A DNA stretch of 63,412 nucleotides, the filler included, from Neoconidiobolus thromboides FSU 785 (lineage: Eukaryota; Fungi; Entomophthoromycota): the NCBI GenBank assembly GCA_025603075.1. It is 6 parts of 6 records of this genome, joined end to end, with 100 filler letters (N's around TTAATTAATTAA, not from the genome) between each part and the next. Parts side by side here need not be neighbours in the genome. Positions count along the whole stretch, not along the records: positions 1 to 29,460 come from MU626491.1; 5 more parts are not named here. One strand, 5' to 3'. Below the pieces are notes generated by a model. It was not told the origin of the DNA, made no database searches, and saw nothing but the letters and a program-made list of their open reading frames with translations. Positions 1 through 13,605 of the stretch are shown piece after piece (position 1 is the stretch's first letter; each line of letters starts with the position of its first letter). Made by a program: the position numbers and the translations under genes.

Positions 1-304
1 ATACTAATGTAAAATCTACGTAAAATACTATTAAGAAAACTTAGTGACTTTATTAAATGTTCGAGATATCAGGGAATAATTCAGTTAAAAAGCCTCGAGC
101 TATTATGTTTTAGAATCTCTTTTATACTCCAGTAAGTATAAATATCAAAACGAGAAGATAATATTCTTTTGGATGGAGCTAGAAATTCTCATAACAAATC
201 AAAATAAGAAGATGGGATTGATTTCCTCTGAACTCGAGAACACAACAGCTTAGGCGATTGTTATGCTATAATTAACCATGGGACTGACAAAGCGATATTT
301 CACA
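1..304 (+). mobile_element. Partial LTR (3' ~300 bp), truncated by the window start; same family as solo LTR 26164-26627
   Basis: 1-304 aligns nearly base for base with 26324-26627 and ends in the same ...GATATTTCACA terminus. Confidence 0.8.
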
Positions 305-480
305 AAACTATCAAAAACAAAATATAACTAATATTATAAATTATAAAAGCTTTTTTAATTAACTGTTTATAATAAGTTAATGTGTTTTTGTTTTAGTAAT
401 TAAGATAAACTTATAAAAAAATAATATACGATAACAAATTACATAACTAACAAAAAATAATATAATCAAAAAATAAAATA

Positions 481-580
481 AGGTGATGTATTTTTTGTTT
501 AAGAATTTTACTAATAAATTTTCCACTTAAATAACACTTAAAAAAATGAAAAAATAATGAAACCAAAAAAAACGCCCCCA
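481..580 (+). mobile_element. MITE copy (orientation A, diverged)
   Basis: TA|AGGTGATGTATTTTTTGTTTAAGAATTTTACTAA...AAACGCCCCCA|TA matches the family consensus. Confidence 0.8.
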
Positions 581-727
581 TAAGTTTATTAAAATTAAGC
601 ATAATAAATTTTAAAACAAAGAGCTTATTATAACTGAAAAGCAATATTTTATACCACTCTGATATATCTTTACAAGAAAACTATAAAAGCAATCAGTTAA
701 CTAACTATTAACTAACATAGTATTATA

Positions 728-824
728 TGGGGATGTTTTCTAGTTTCATTATTTTTTCACTTTTTTAAGCGTTATTTGGGCGAAAAAATTGTTAATAAAA
801 TTGCTAAATAAAAAAATATTCACA
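728..824 (-). mobile_element. MITE copy (orientation B)
   Basis: TA|TGGGGATGTTTT...TTAAGCGTTATTTGGG...AATATTCACA|TA is the reverse complement of the consensus. Confidence 0.8.
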
Positions 825-1557
825 TATGTTAATGTAAAACTCTATTTTAAGTGTTTTTATCAGATGCACTATTTTGTGGAATTAATGAGAACATATTAAA
901 ACAAACTACTACATAGTATACTTTGACCACATGTTAAAGTGTACAGTAGTGACATTATTATAACTAGCATTAGTAATTCTACAATAGTAAATCTCTTTAA
1001 TCTTTAAACTTACTACTACAGCTCTTTTGCATCATCTTTGTATGAATTTTAAATTATTTTTATAATCAATTTTTATTATAATCTGGACCTTATATTCTAA
1101 TTAATTAGCTATAGTTTTTTTTACTTAAATAAGCAGTTAAGTCGTAATAGAGCTGCAGCAGTAATATTTAAACATTGAAAAGGTTTTGATTTCCAGCTAT
1201 TATAGCTCTCTTGGGATTGGGCTAACTGTTCATTTTAGAGCAAAATTTGGCAAAATTAAGGCTAAAATCTGAGGATCGAGCTTCAAATTAGCAATACAAA
1301 CAAACAACTGGATCTAAAAATCATCATAAATTAGGCTACAATAGAGTTGCAACCATTATAACTTGATCGAAATCTAAATCAACATAGTTCTAACAATTCG
1401 AATTATTAAAGTAATCCTCATGATATAGTAAAACTTATCATAAGGAAATATTTGATTTCAGTCAATTAAATATCTTGATCTGTTCTTTGTCATAAGCTAA
1501 TACTTAAAATTTAGTTGAAATTAAAAGTATCATTTTAACGAATTCTATAATATTATA

Positions 1558-1655
1558 TGGGGATGTATTTTTTTATTTATGAATTTTGCTAACGATCTTT
1601 CCACTCAAACAACGCTTAAGAAATGGAAGTAATGAAATCAAAAAAAACATCCCCA
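1558..1655 (+). mobile_element. MITE copy (A), ~220 bp upstream of the tricalbin ATG
   Basis: TA|TGGGGATGTATTTT...AAAAACATCCCCA|TA; intact terminal inverted repeats. Confidence 0.85.
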
Positions 1656-1815
1656 TATGTTAGTTATTTAATAGATTGAATTGTTATACTTTGTACTAAA
1701 AATATCCAAATTTCTCAAAAGCTTCAGTAATTGGTTGGATTTTAAGTTTCTAAACATTGAAACCTTAGAAATGTTTGCCATCATTTCATATGAAACCATC
1801 AAAAACAACCATTTT

Positions 1816-1823
1816 TGACGTCA
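1816..1823. promoter_or_regulatory. CRE/ATF-like palindrome TGACGTCA ~50 bp upstream of the tricalbin start; ATTGG (CCAAT box) at 1730-1734
   Basis: Exact motif read in the sequence; function inferred from its position only. Confidence 0.35.
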
Positions 1824-1872
1824 TAGATCACAAAATTTTCTTTTTATCTTTTACCTTTTTTTTTAAAAATCC

Positions 1873-4800
1873 ATGGAAAAAGAAAACATTGAAAAAGAGG
1901 CTTTATTGCCACAAAGTGTAGTTCCCGAACGCCAAGAATCCTTACAAGATGCACAAGATCAACCACAAGAATTATTATCTCAAATTGATCAAAACTTACC
2001 CCAAACTGCTGAGCCCATCTCGGATATAGCTCAAGTAGAACAAGGTGTTTTAAAAGAAGGTAAATTTACAATTAAAAATTCAATTTTAAGGAAGATTATT
2101 TACAATTAAAAGATTCGATAAGTGAAATAATCGAAGCTGGTCCAAGCGAACTTGTTAATATCATACGTGGTGGTAATGAGCCCACAAAACATATTTTATT
2201 AAAAGATCAACCATATGCATTAAATGCTTTGCCTGGTGAATATAATTCTGAACAAGTAAGTAATATGAAAAAGAATGTACCTTGTTCACCTGATGAAATA
2301 CCTAAGATAGTTATTGGTTGGGAAGAGAGTTTAAATAAAGATTTAGCACACGTTGAACAGGTTCAGGAAGGAGTATCTGAACAAAAAGTAAGCCATTGGA
2401 AAAATGTAACAGTAATTTATGTAGCTATATTTTTAACATGGTTTGGTGTGGTACTTGGTGGTGGTATTACATGGTGTTTAATAGTGGTAGCATGTTGTTC
2501 AAGTTATTATCAAAATACCATTGAACGGTATAGAAAAAGTGCCCGGGATGATGCTATTCGAGAATTGTGGTTACAAAAATTAGACAATGAAACAGAATCG
2601 GTTGCTTGGTTGAATTCGTTTTTAGATCGATTTTGGGTTATCTATGAGCCCGGTTTATCAGCTACTATTAAAAGTATTGTGGATGCAGCATTGGAAATCA
2701 ATAAACCAACCTTTTTGGAAAATTTAAGTTTAACTGAGTTTAGATTAGGAAATAAAGCACCAAGGATTAATTCAGTAAAAACGCATACTAAAACTAAAAA
2801 CAATTCTGTTTTGATGGACTGGGATATTGAATTTCAACCCAATAAAGATTTATCAATGACATTAGAGCAAATTAAAAATCAAATCAATCCCAAAGTAGTA
2901 TTACAAATACGAGTTGGTAAAGGAATGGTAGGTGCAGGTTTACCAGTACTTGTAGAAGATTTTGCTATTCGAGGAGTATTAAGAGTACGAATTAATTTTG
3001 GTGATGTATTTCCACATGTAGATGTAGTTACATTACAATTTTTAGAAAGACCAGATATTGATTATGTGCTTAAACCAGTAGGTGGTGAAACATTTGGATT
3101 TGATATTGGAAATATACCTGGATTAAGCTCATTTATTAGAGATCAAATTCATGGTACTCTAGAAGGTATGATGTATGCACCTAATATCTTTAGTTTATCA
3201 ATTGCTCAAATGATGGCACCAATTGCTAAAGATAAATATAAAGGGATACTAAAAGTTAATGTAAGATATGCTAAAGATTTACAATATCAAGATGGATCTG
3301 GAGATCCATATGTATTAATATCTACATCTAATAAAAGACCAAGTTATCGTACTAAAACTAAAAATCAAACATATAATCCAGAATATAATGAAGTATTCGA
3401 AATGATATTATTAAAAGAAGAAGATAGTATTAAATTTACAATCTTTGATTTTAATTCCTTTCGTAAAGACTTTGAATGTGGTAGTGAATATCTATCAACA
3501 GAAAGTTTTAATGAAAAACCAATTCAAAATAATCTCCAATTACCACTTAAAAGAGGTTCCCTTTATGTAGGTAGTTTAACTATTGATTGTCAATTTTACC
3601 CAACTGATTTTGAATATTTACCAAAAGTTAATAATGATAAAACAGTAACAACATCAACAGAATCTCAATTACCTAAATCAGGTGTGTTACATTTTACATT
3701 ACATCAAATTAAAGAATTAGATGCTTCTAAATCTTTAATTAATAAATTCACACCTTATTGTTTAATATCAATTAATAACATTGAAAAATTACAAACAGCA
3801 AAAAAGAAAAGAAATAATAATCCCATTTATGAAGAATCTATTGAGCATTATATTAAAGATATTAATAATTGTAAACTCAATTTAATTATTAAAGATGACC
3901 GTGGTATGTCAGTTGATCCAATTATAGCTAAATGGTCTCAAGATGCTACTAAATTGATTGAACAAAATGGATGGTATCCCTTAAATAACGTAGCTTCAGG
4001 AAAAGTTAAAGTTACTACAAAATTTTATCCATTAAAAGGACAAACAAATGAATTTAATAACGATAATTTATTAAATTATTTTGGTTTATTAAAATTATTT
4101 ATAATTGAAGCACCAAAATTAAGATTAAATTCAAATAAATCGGAAGTGTATATTAAAGTCAAATATTTAAATAAAGTTATGGGAAATACTAAAATATTAA
4201 GATCAGATTTAATTCCTCGTTGGAATCATCAATTAGAATTCCCTATTCATTTGGAATCTGATCATATTGAATTAGAACTTATTGAAATAATTAATAATGA
4301 AGCTATTATTTTGGGTAGGGTAGAACATTTAATATCGAGTTTAATTTTTCAAAAGGAAAATGGATTTGAATCTAAAGGTTTAATTAATAAGTAAGTTTAT
4401 TATTTATATTAAATGAAATTTATATTAATATATTAATATATTTTATTTTTATTTTATTTCTTAGTTGGACAAGTATTAAATCCAAATCCAATCGAATTGT
4501 TGGTGCATTACATTTTGGTTCTTGTTTATTTATTAAAGATCAAGAATTAGTTTCTCAAGTGGATAATAAATTGATTAATGAAACCAATAATTTAGAATCA
4601 ATTAATGAAAATAAAAAAGACGATAATAATAATAATAACAATAATAATAATAATAAATCAACTAATCTTCCAGCAATTGAATTATATCCAAATATAAACA
4701 ATGGTATATTAGGAATTAATTTTATGAAATTAGAAGGAATTAAATTGAATAACATTTCAATGGGGCTTTATTTAGATGGACCAAATAGTAAAGTTATTAA

Positions 4801-6320
4801 AGATAACATTCAATTTAAAGAAAATAAGAATAATGAAAATAATTTTAATTGTTTTATTCAAGATATTCAACAAGAAAGGTTAATATTTATATTAAAAGAA
4901 AACCAAGATATTTTAGTTAAAAAAGAAGTATCATTTAATGAATTATTAAGTAAACCAATTAAAGATAAAATTGAATTTGAATTAATAGAAAATGTTAAAT
5001 TAAATTTATGTTATAATATCACTCCAATTGAATATCATCAATTAAATGGTATTAATGATGTTTTAGGTAATTTATTAATATTAATAATATTATTATTAAT
5101 TTACTAATTTATTAATTTATTAATATTATTTTTATTAGGTCATGGTAAATTAGATGTTACTATTGTTGAAGCCAAAGATTTGCTTGGAGTTGATAGTTCA
5201 GGTACTAGTGATCCATATGTTAAAGTATATATGAATGATGTTCGTATATTTAAAACACAAACATATAAAAAAAATTTAAATCCAAAAATTAATGAATCAT
5301 TTACTGTACCTTTAGTAAGTAAATTTTTTACTATAATAATAATAATAATTATTTATTTATTTATCTTAATTTTAATTTTAATTATTTTTTATAGCTTGAT
5401 AGTTCCAGTTCAATTTTAGACTTTCGAGTTTATGATTGGAATAAAGTACATTCTTCTGAATCTTTAGGATCTATTCAAATTAATTTAGATGACCCTAAAT
5501 TTTCATTTATGCAAGGGGAAGTATATGATCAATTTTATGACTTAAATGATGTTGGTAAAGGTCAATTACGCTTATTATTAAAATATCAAAAAGCAACTTT
5601 AGCCGATGAGGAAATGAATTTAGCAGTTGAATATTTGAAAAATGCTAAATCTCACATAAGAGCCAACTCCATGATGTCTGAAACTTCTTCAGTTGGACAA
5701 TCTACTCTTGTATCTACTTTACCTAATACAGTAAATAATGTGGTTACTCAAGAGACACTTAATGATCAAAGAAATTCCAATCAATTTACTAGAAAAGAAG
5801 AAGCGAGAGGCAAAGCAGGTAGAATCAAAGTTACTATTATTGGAGCAGATAAATTGATGGCTGCAGATAAAGGAGGTAAGTTGATTAATAAAAAAGAGTT
5901 TTTGTATTAAATAATATAAACTAATATTAACGAATTTTATTAGGCACTAGTGATCCCTATGTTAAAGTTAAAAAAGATGGGGAACAAATTTATCAAACTA
6001 AAAAAGTTAAAAAAACTTTAGAACCTCAATGGTAACTAATTTTGTTTTAATATTTTTAATTATTTATTTTAATTATTTTATTTAGGTATGAATCATTTAA
6101 TTTAGATTTAAAAGATGGAGAACCGTGTTGGTTACATTTATCTGTTATGGATCATAATCGAATTCATTCAGATGTTCCATTAGGTACAACTTCATTTAAC
6201 ATTTGGGAACATCTTTCAAATGATCCAAATGAAGGAGAAAAAATCGAATTTTATACTAACACTTTAGTTGGTGGAGAACATGGTAGAGTTCAAATTTCTT
6301 TAGAATATCTTGGTATTTAA
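1873..6320 (+). CDS. TCB: Tricalbin / extended synaptotagmin (TM hairpin, SMP domain, multiple C2 domains); multi-exon
   Basis: SMP signature ESVAWLNSFLDRFWVIYEP...FRLGNKAPRI and C2 motifs GSGDPYV, SSGTSDPYVKVY, GGTSDPYVKV. GT-AG intron 2060-2112 joins ORFs 1873 and 2229 in frame; further introns near 4393, 5067, 5316, 5877 and 6033; stop TAA 6318-6320. Confidence 0.9.
4625..4654 (+). repeat. (AAT)n tract encoding ~10 Asn inside tricalbin
   Basis: AATAATAAT... in frame with ORF 4559-5107. Confidence 0.85.
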
Positions 6321-6375
6321 ATTATTAAAGATTTCTATTAATAAATTTTATATTTGATAAAAAAAATTCAATATA

Positions 6376-6475
6376 TGAGGATATCTTTTTATGTTTAAGA
6401 ATTTTACTGGTAATTTTTCCACTCAAATAGCGCTTAAAAAATGGAAAAGTAATGAAATCAAAAAAAACATCCCCA
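6376..6475 (+). mobile_element. MITE copy (A) between the convergent 3' ends of tricalbin and the ABC1 kinase
   Basis: TA|TGAGGATATCTTTTT...AAATAGCGCTTAAAAAATGGAAAAG...CATCCCCA|TA. Confidence 0.9.
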
Positions 6476-6686
6476 TATATTTTATACATTTTTTATTTTT
6501 ATTTATTTTTATTTTTTATTTTTTAATATTATATAATATTATAATATTATTAATCATTATTCAAAGAATGAGAAATCAAATTAAAAACGACAATACAATG
6601 AATTGTTGAAAATAAGAGTTATAGAAATCAAATATCCTATTTAATTGTATTGTATTGTATTCATATTTATATATTTATATTTATAC

Positions 6687-8408
6687 TTATTCCACTTTTT
6701 TATTATTATTTAATGGAGAAATCAATATTGATAATTTATAAAACCAATTTAATAATAAAAATTTCAGTCTAAGTAAATAATAGGAATATAATAAATTAAA
6801 ATACTTTGGAGTAATATTAAATAAGTTATCAACCTTCCAATTGAATTCCTTCATTAAATAAAGATGTGAGAAATCACCCAAAATTTTAAATTGAAGATAA
6901 GGATCCTGTTTTAACTCCATTGAAATTAACTTTAATAAATCTTGAATTTTAAATAAATAAACTAAATCATTAGGAATATCTGCTAATAGTTTAGCAATAT
7001 TAGGTAAATGCTGAATTACTTTTTGTTCAAAATTAAAGTCTTTAGAATTTCCTTGGCGTGCTGTTAAAATGGCTTTAATTAATCTATATGTAGTTGAGTT
7101 ACCACCTAATTTAATAGAATATTCTTTGATTTGATCCTCATTTTGTTGTAATATGTTAATCCATAGATGTGCATATAAATTGATAAAGTTACTATTGAGT
7201 TCATGATATAATCCATGATCTAGTAATACAATTTTGAAATTCTTTTTGCTATCTTTTTCATCTTTAATAATCATTAAATTCCCAGGATCTATTTGAAGTT
7301 AATTAGTATTATTTATTTTTTATTTATTATTTATTAAACTTACGTGCATCACAATGTATAAATCTAATATTTAATAAAAATAAATTAATTAGTTAATAAA
7401 TTATATAAGTAAATACAGTAAAATAAAATTTACCTATGTCTATAAAGCATTTCAGAAAATATTTGATTAATTTCAATACTTACTTTTCTTGGATTAATTT
7501 GATTTTCTTTAAAGTATTCTACATCATTTAATTTTTTACCGTCGATAACTAAAGAATTAATTAATTTAATTTTAAAATATAAAATATACTTACATTCCAT
7601 ACAAAGAATTCTTTTTGTTGCCCAATAAACTTTTGGAATTAGAAGTTTATAATTTAATAAATCAAAATTTTGCTTTGCTCTAATACCATTTTCACCTTCA
7701 ATTTCAAAATCTAGTTCTTTAGGTAAATTTCGTTTAATTTCATTAATCAACCAACTAAATTGAAATTGAGGTAATACAAATTGTGCCAAATTAACCATTT
7801 TGTCTAATATTAAAAGATCTAATTTAGAAAATAAACCTACTTTAGGATGTTGCAATTTCACTGCAATTTCCTTTCCTTGATAAATTCCTTTATGAACTTG
7901 AGCAATAGAAGCTACTCCAATTGGCTCAGGTTCAATAAACTCAAAGATTTCATTTAATGATTTTCCAGTATCTAAAAGGACCATTTTATCTAGTACTTCC
8001 AACTTCGTAGCAGGGCAAGCATCATGTAAAGGTCGAAATGTAACACACCATTCCATTGGTAAAAAATAATTTAATGCTGTTAAATGTTGACCTAATTTGA
8101 TATAAAAACCACCATTATACAACATGGCTTTTAATACTCGATTTGCATTACGTTGATGTATTTCTTTTTTTTGTTGTTCAATATACTTTGAATTAGAATT
8201 GTTATCTGATTCAAATGGCCAATTTAATCGATAATCAATGATCACTTCCAATCCCGTTCCTACGGCCATTAAGCCTCGACTTATTCCTTCTATATAGAAT
8301 TGAACATCATCTAAATGAAATGTATAGATTTCTAAACTTATTAAACTGCCTAAGATCAATCCAATATTTCGTTTGTTTGATTGTAACCAATGGGGTTTAT
8401 TATTATTA

Positions 8409-8464
<56 letters not shown>

Positions 8465-8581
8465 GATAGATAATGTTGTTAATGGTCTGTTAATAGGTCG
8501 AAACTTAGGTTGTAATTTAATTGGAGATAAAATAGATCGAGCTAAGATACATCGTTGTTTTAATAGCCCTGTTAATAGCAT
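6687..8581 (-). CDS. ABC1/UbiB/ADCK1-type atypical kinase, probably mitochondrial; multi-exon
   Basis: ABC1 motifs GFYIKLGQHL, ASIAQVH, VAVK-like IAVKLQHP, ELDFEIEGEN. The catalytic loop HCDAHPGNL is rebuilt across a short intron (~7288-7343), followed by LLDHGLY. The basic N-terminus with no acidic residues resembles a presequence. Confidence 0.88.
8399..8464 (-). repeat. (AAT)n microsatellite encoding ~22 Asn in the ABC1 kinase N-terminus
   Basis: In-frame ATT triplets on the + strand with one GTT interruption. Confidence 0.9.
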
Positions 8582-9179
8582 TTATATTGTGTTAATATTT
8601 GGAAATATAAAACAAAAAAGTTTGAGTATTTATCTTTTTATATTTTAAAAGGTAACCAATTAGATTTTTACTCGAACTTAGTAAATAAAATATCGATCTA
8701 TTTTCGATAATTTCGGAAAAACACCAGTCCGTATTTAATAATTTTACAAAATAAATTCATTATTTTTAGATATTTTCATAATTAGCGCATATAATTAATA
8801 ACTCGTAAAGTTTTATTCTATGAAAAAATGAATTACAATCTCCATCTCACTTTAATTTTATTTTGTTTATATTAATTTACATTAATTTTATTTTTTAACT
8901 TTAGTAATACTAGTTTATTTACATTAATTTAAAATCTTAAAATATACTATTTATTTTAATTAAAAAAGTTTAATCATAAAAATTAAAAAACACAAATTTA
9001 GTTTTGACCCGTTAAAATACATGATTACTTTAGTTTATATTAATGATTGACCATAAAATATCATAAATGAACTGTTATTATATTCTGTTTTGCTAATAAA
9101 TAATATTTTTATTTCACTTTAAAATAGTTATACATTTCAACCTATAATCTATTATATAACCTCTAGAGCCCTATTTTTC

Positions 9180-10112
9180 TTAATTATCGATCCCTTCTAA
9201 TGCCAATGCTTGAACAATTCTGGATAGATCAACCTCAGACTCCTTGTTTTCCAGTTCTTTATTATCAAATGCTTCTTGTTCACTTTTAACTTCTAAATTC
9301 TCATATTCATTTCCATTGTTTTTTTCTAAAGCAAGTTTATCTAATTCATTTCCACTTTCATTCTCATCTAGTATAATTTTCATTGGTTGTAATATTAAAT
9401 TACAAGGTATGGTTGGATGAGTGAAATGAGAGTTATTAACTAAATTAATACTTGGCCATAACCAAGAGGGTACAGGTAAATTGATATCGATAGGCGATTT
9501 AAAACCACGAACAAATTCAGTTTCTTCAGATGTAATTACCTCTTCATCATGATATCTAAAAGTATTCTTATATTACTATTTTATATTTTAATGAAATTAT
9601 TATTACAATTACCTTAGAAATTCTTGTAAACAACTAGTTACAGTCCACATTTGTAATTTTCTTAAGCATGCTATTACAATTCCTGTTACTACAGTACCAT
9701 CAATACAATGGATATAAATTGGTGAATTTTCTGGATTGATAATCACCTTGAGAATAAATTAAAATTAGGATTCTTTTTTAATTTAAAATATAGTCAATCT
9801 TACCTGCAAACAACGAATAATTTTTGAATATGATAATGGAACATTTTCTTTTGGTTTACTAACTCTTATCCAAAGATTATTAATTTCATGTAACTTACAA
9901 AACTTCACTAGATCCGGATTTGGTTGTTCAGGTATTAAACTCAATACGGATTTTAATTTTAATCTATTCAATATGAATTTAGTTTTTATATCAAAATTTG
10001 ACTTTAAAATATACCTTTTTAAAAAATTTTGATTACGAACTTTAGGATATGCCCCACGATATACTCCTTCTTCTAATTGTCCATATCGAAAGGGTAGAAA
10101 TAATCCAGTCAT
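9180..10112 (-). CDS. OCA6: Siw14/Oca-family tyrosine-phosphatase-like protein, Oca6-like; multi-exon
   Basis: N-terminal LPFRYGQLEEGVYRGAYP, LKSVLSLIPE, and the exon PIYIHCIDGTVVTGIVIACLRKLQMW (9620-9750). The P-loop lacks the CX5R arginine, as in yeast Oca6. Confidence 0.75.
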
Positions 10113-10451
10113 TAAAGTTTAGAAAAATGGACCTAAGACTATTTTTGCTTGCCTTTTTTGGTAGCTTAATATGAGCTTCAATTTCAAGGCTTAATTTAAT
10201 TGGTTCTATAGAAATTTTGCATTCAAATGATGACATAATTCCGCATTAAAACAAACAAGAGATCTTAAGGAATCAAAGATTCAATAAGGTAATAAACAAA
10301 CGAAGCTAAAGGAGAAGTAAACTATAGCAATATAGCAAGACAACAAAAAAGATAAGATTGAATTAATTTTTAACTTTATATATTAATATCCATTTTTTTA
10401 TTAATCAAAGTTGATCCAATATAAATAAGTTCTAAATTTCATATAAAACTA

Positions 10452-11293
10452 TTACACAATACCACTCCATTCTAAAGTAAATAAATGGGCACTTAGTCGA
10501 ATATTGACTGCTTTTTCATCTTCTTTTTTTACAGTAGCTAAAACACGAGTTTTATTAACACCAGTAGCTAATCGGCCATAACTAACTAATTGATTTAAAG
10601 TGAATAATTGGTTTGGTTCATAAGTATTTACAATATGCCTTGAGTGGCACCTTTCTGGATCGTCTAAAAAAAAGGATCAGTAATCAACTAATATTTCATT
10701 TATATAAAAAAAAGAAAGAACTAATTAAACTTACCATAATACAATAAATAATCACCACCAAATTTGGAACCTGAAGTAATAAAAAATTTTTGTGGAGCTT
10801 GATAAAGATAAAGATAAACTAAATATTTTGAAGAGTTAGATATTCGATTTAATGGTGCCAATAAGGCAGGTGGTGCCTTTGGTAATGCATTATATAATTT
10901 CTCATATTCTTTTAAATGAGATAAATCATTCCCTTTTTTGATGGAAAATTGTTCTAAATGAATGGAAATTGGTGGTTCATTTTTTAAGGGTATATTATCT
11001 AAGTTTAATAAGATTAATAATTGTTCAAATGCTAACAATGCAGGCAATGAATTGTCGTGGTTTTGTAATGGATTACTGGGTAAACAACCAATGAAATTGC
11101 ACACCATTCGATACCTTGAACGAAGTAATTCTACATCTATTTCAAGTTAGTAAAAAATTTCCAATATCGAATTAATAAGGTTGTTGTGTATTCATAGAAT
11201 TAAAATAAATTATATACCTTTTAAATTCCACAATAATAATTGTAAATCCAGGTTACCAACCAAAGTAATTGTAATGTTGGCTGATCCTTCCAT
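10452..11293 (-). CDS. SEN34: tRNA-splicing endonuclease subunit Sen34; 3 exons
   Basis: Spliced N-terminus LLLWNLK|DVELLRSRYRMVCNFIGCLPSNPLQN; catalytic region FFITSGSKFGGDYLLYYG|DPERCHS...YGRLATGVNKTRVL; ends FTLEWSGIV*. Confidence 0.85.
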
Positions 11294-12021
11294 ATTTTTG
11301 ATTCAGTCAAGAATTGTTTTAGTGAAAAATTTTCAAGTTGATTAAAATTTCTTTTCTTTTTACACATCCAAATTTTAGCTTATTTTTTAAGCTACGAATA
11401 AAATGCATTTGCTAATTAATTAAATTACGTTGAAAGTTCAATTTTTTTAAATGTAGCTTAATTTTTAGAGTACATTCAAAATTCTAGTTAGTTATAAAAT
11501 AAATGGAATGCTTATTTTAGAATGTTATATAATCTTTATATATAATTTTATATCAAAATGATATTTTACATATCATTTTATAACACCTTTAATGCTAACA
11601 ATGTCAAACTTGAAGTTCTAAAAATAAATAAGGCTATAAATAGATTTTATTTATAGTCAATATCTTATTCTTATGTAGTAAATTAATCGAGTAAAATGTA
11701 CCCTATAACATTGAAATTAAAACAGTAATTTGATCAAAAAAAATTGAATTTTATTAACTAATTGTATAGTTTAAACAATTATATATTAATTTTAAAATAT
11801 AAAATATAAAACTTGATTATTAAAATATTAGTCGGTTTGAATCTTTAATAATAGTACAAAAAATAGTAACACATGGGTATGAAAAAAAGATACCATAAAG
11901 CAAGTGTGCAAAAGAAAAAGAAAAAAGAAAAATCAAGTATAAAATATTAATTTTTAAAAATAAAGTGGACTATTAGAGGACTTATTTAGTATATCAAAAA
12001 AACTTGATTGATGGATTGAAC

Positions 12022-13605
12022 TTATTCTTGCTCTAATGGAATATCCTATTATAAAACTTATTATTATCAATTCATTATGAAAAATCGTATAAAACCTACC
12101 TTTTCTTTCGCTTGATTTTTAACATGTTCAAAAACTTTTAAAAATTTCCTACGTGCTCCTAAAGCAGCTACTCCTTTCTCTGAAAGTTGTTCATCTGTAA
12201 GTTTAATAACTTCTCTCCAAGTTAAACCTTCAAAGATAGGTGTATATTTATGAAGTCGAAGTGAACGCATCCATGCAGGTACACCTAATTTTTAATTTTT
12301 AATATTATGCAATTTAATAAAACTTAACTTACTTTCTATCATTTCAAAATCAACCGGATCTAATGGTTTAGGTTCTTTTGGACCTTCTTCTGGAACTGGA
12401 GATGGCAAATTAATAGATTTGGAATCGGGTGCTGCTGGTGATTTTACAAAATTTCCATCCGTTGGTGTAGCTGCCCAAGAAATTGGTGAATATCCAGATG
12501 AAAATAAACCTGGTGGTACAGCTGGAGATTTTAATGGTTTATTTCTAGCACTTCCTGGCCAATGAGGAGAATCAATTTTAATTTCAACATTATCTACTTT
12601 TAATGTAAGATTATTTGGATTTCTTCCTTTAGGTGTTCCACTACCACTACCCTCTCTTAAAGATCCCCAATTTGGATCTGCATTATGACTGGCTGAACGT
12701 GGACGCGAAGCTTCAGTAGTGTCTTGTCTATTATTATTCCATGTAGCTGTTTTAGGTCTAGATGCACCATTAGAACCCTCTTCTGATCCCCAACCAGAAG
12801 CTGCACTAACATCAATAGATGGTATCTTTTTTCCTTTAAATGAATCACTAAAACGAGCTGATAGTTTTCCATTACCACGCTCCCAATTAGTTTTATTGCC
12901 TTCTGGAATATCAGAAAGAGAAATACGCTTGGAAAAGTCCTCTTTAATACTAAGACGATTAGCTATACGTGTATTTCCTACAGTAGTGGGGAAACTAGTA
13001 CTATCTGGATTAGGGATTGGCATAGAATGTCTCTCCCCAACTTTTTTTCTATTTGTAGTAGGAATATCTACCAAAGCTTAAAATAAAATTTAAAACTAAG
13101 AATATAAAAAATCTAAAATAAAATTACATTGTAAACCAGATCTTGGTCGTGGGCTTAAAGCTTCATTAATAGGATCTTTCGTCATCTTTTGTAAAACGGT
13201 GATAAAAAATCGAACTTGTACGTTAGTAGCTTGATGGATTAAGCTATAAAGAGCAGCAGTACGCTCTGCTTCAGAAAGAGCAGAGAACCAGTTTTCAACA
13301 GCACCAAGTTCTTCTTTGAAAGAAGGTTCTAAGCTTGCTTTGGCCATCTCTTCAAGAGTCCTTTCATATTGAGTTAAATCTTCAAACCATTTTTCAAGTG
13401 CTTCATCTAAAAAGTAATATTAATCAATGATGTAAATAAAAAAATGCAGTATATTATTACCTTCTGGAGACGATTTTTTAGCATAAATCTCAGAGATGGG
13501 ACGAGCTAAAGGACTTTTAGGATCAACTGGTGGGGTTGCTATTGGGTTGGATTGAGGTTGTTCTGAAGTGGAAATGAATTGCTCAGAAGCAGGACGTTGA
13601 GACAT
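12022..13605 (-). CDS. VTS1: Vts1/Smaug-family SAM-domain RNA-binding protein; multi-exon
   Basis: FKEELGAVENWFSALSEAERTAALYSL...QVRFFITVL domain and C-terminal SAM WMRSLRLHKYTPIFEGLTW...KGVAALGARRKFLKVF; last exon DIPLEQE*. Confidence 0.9.

Noticed and set aside
4555-8648. Poly-Leu ORFs 4555-4755 (-) and 8373-8648 (+)
   Set aside because: They are antisense readings of the (AAT)n poly-Asn tracts in real genes.
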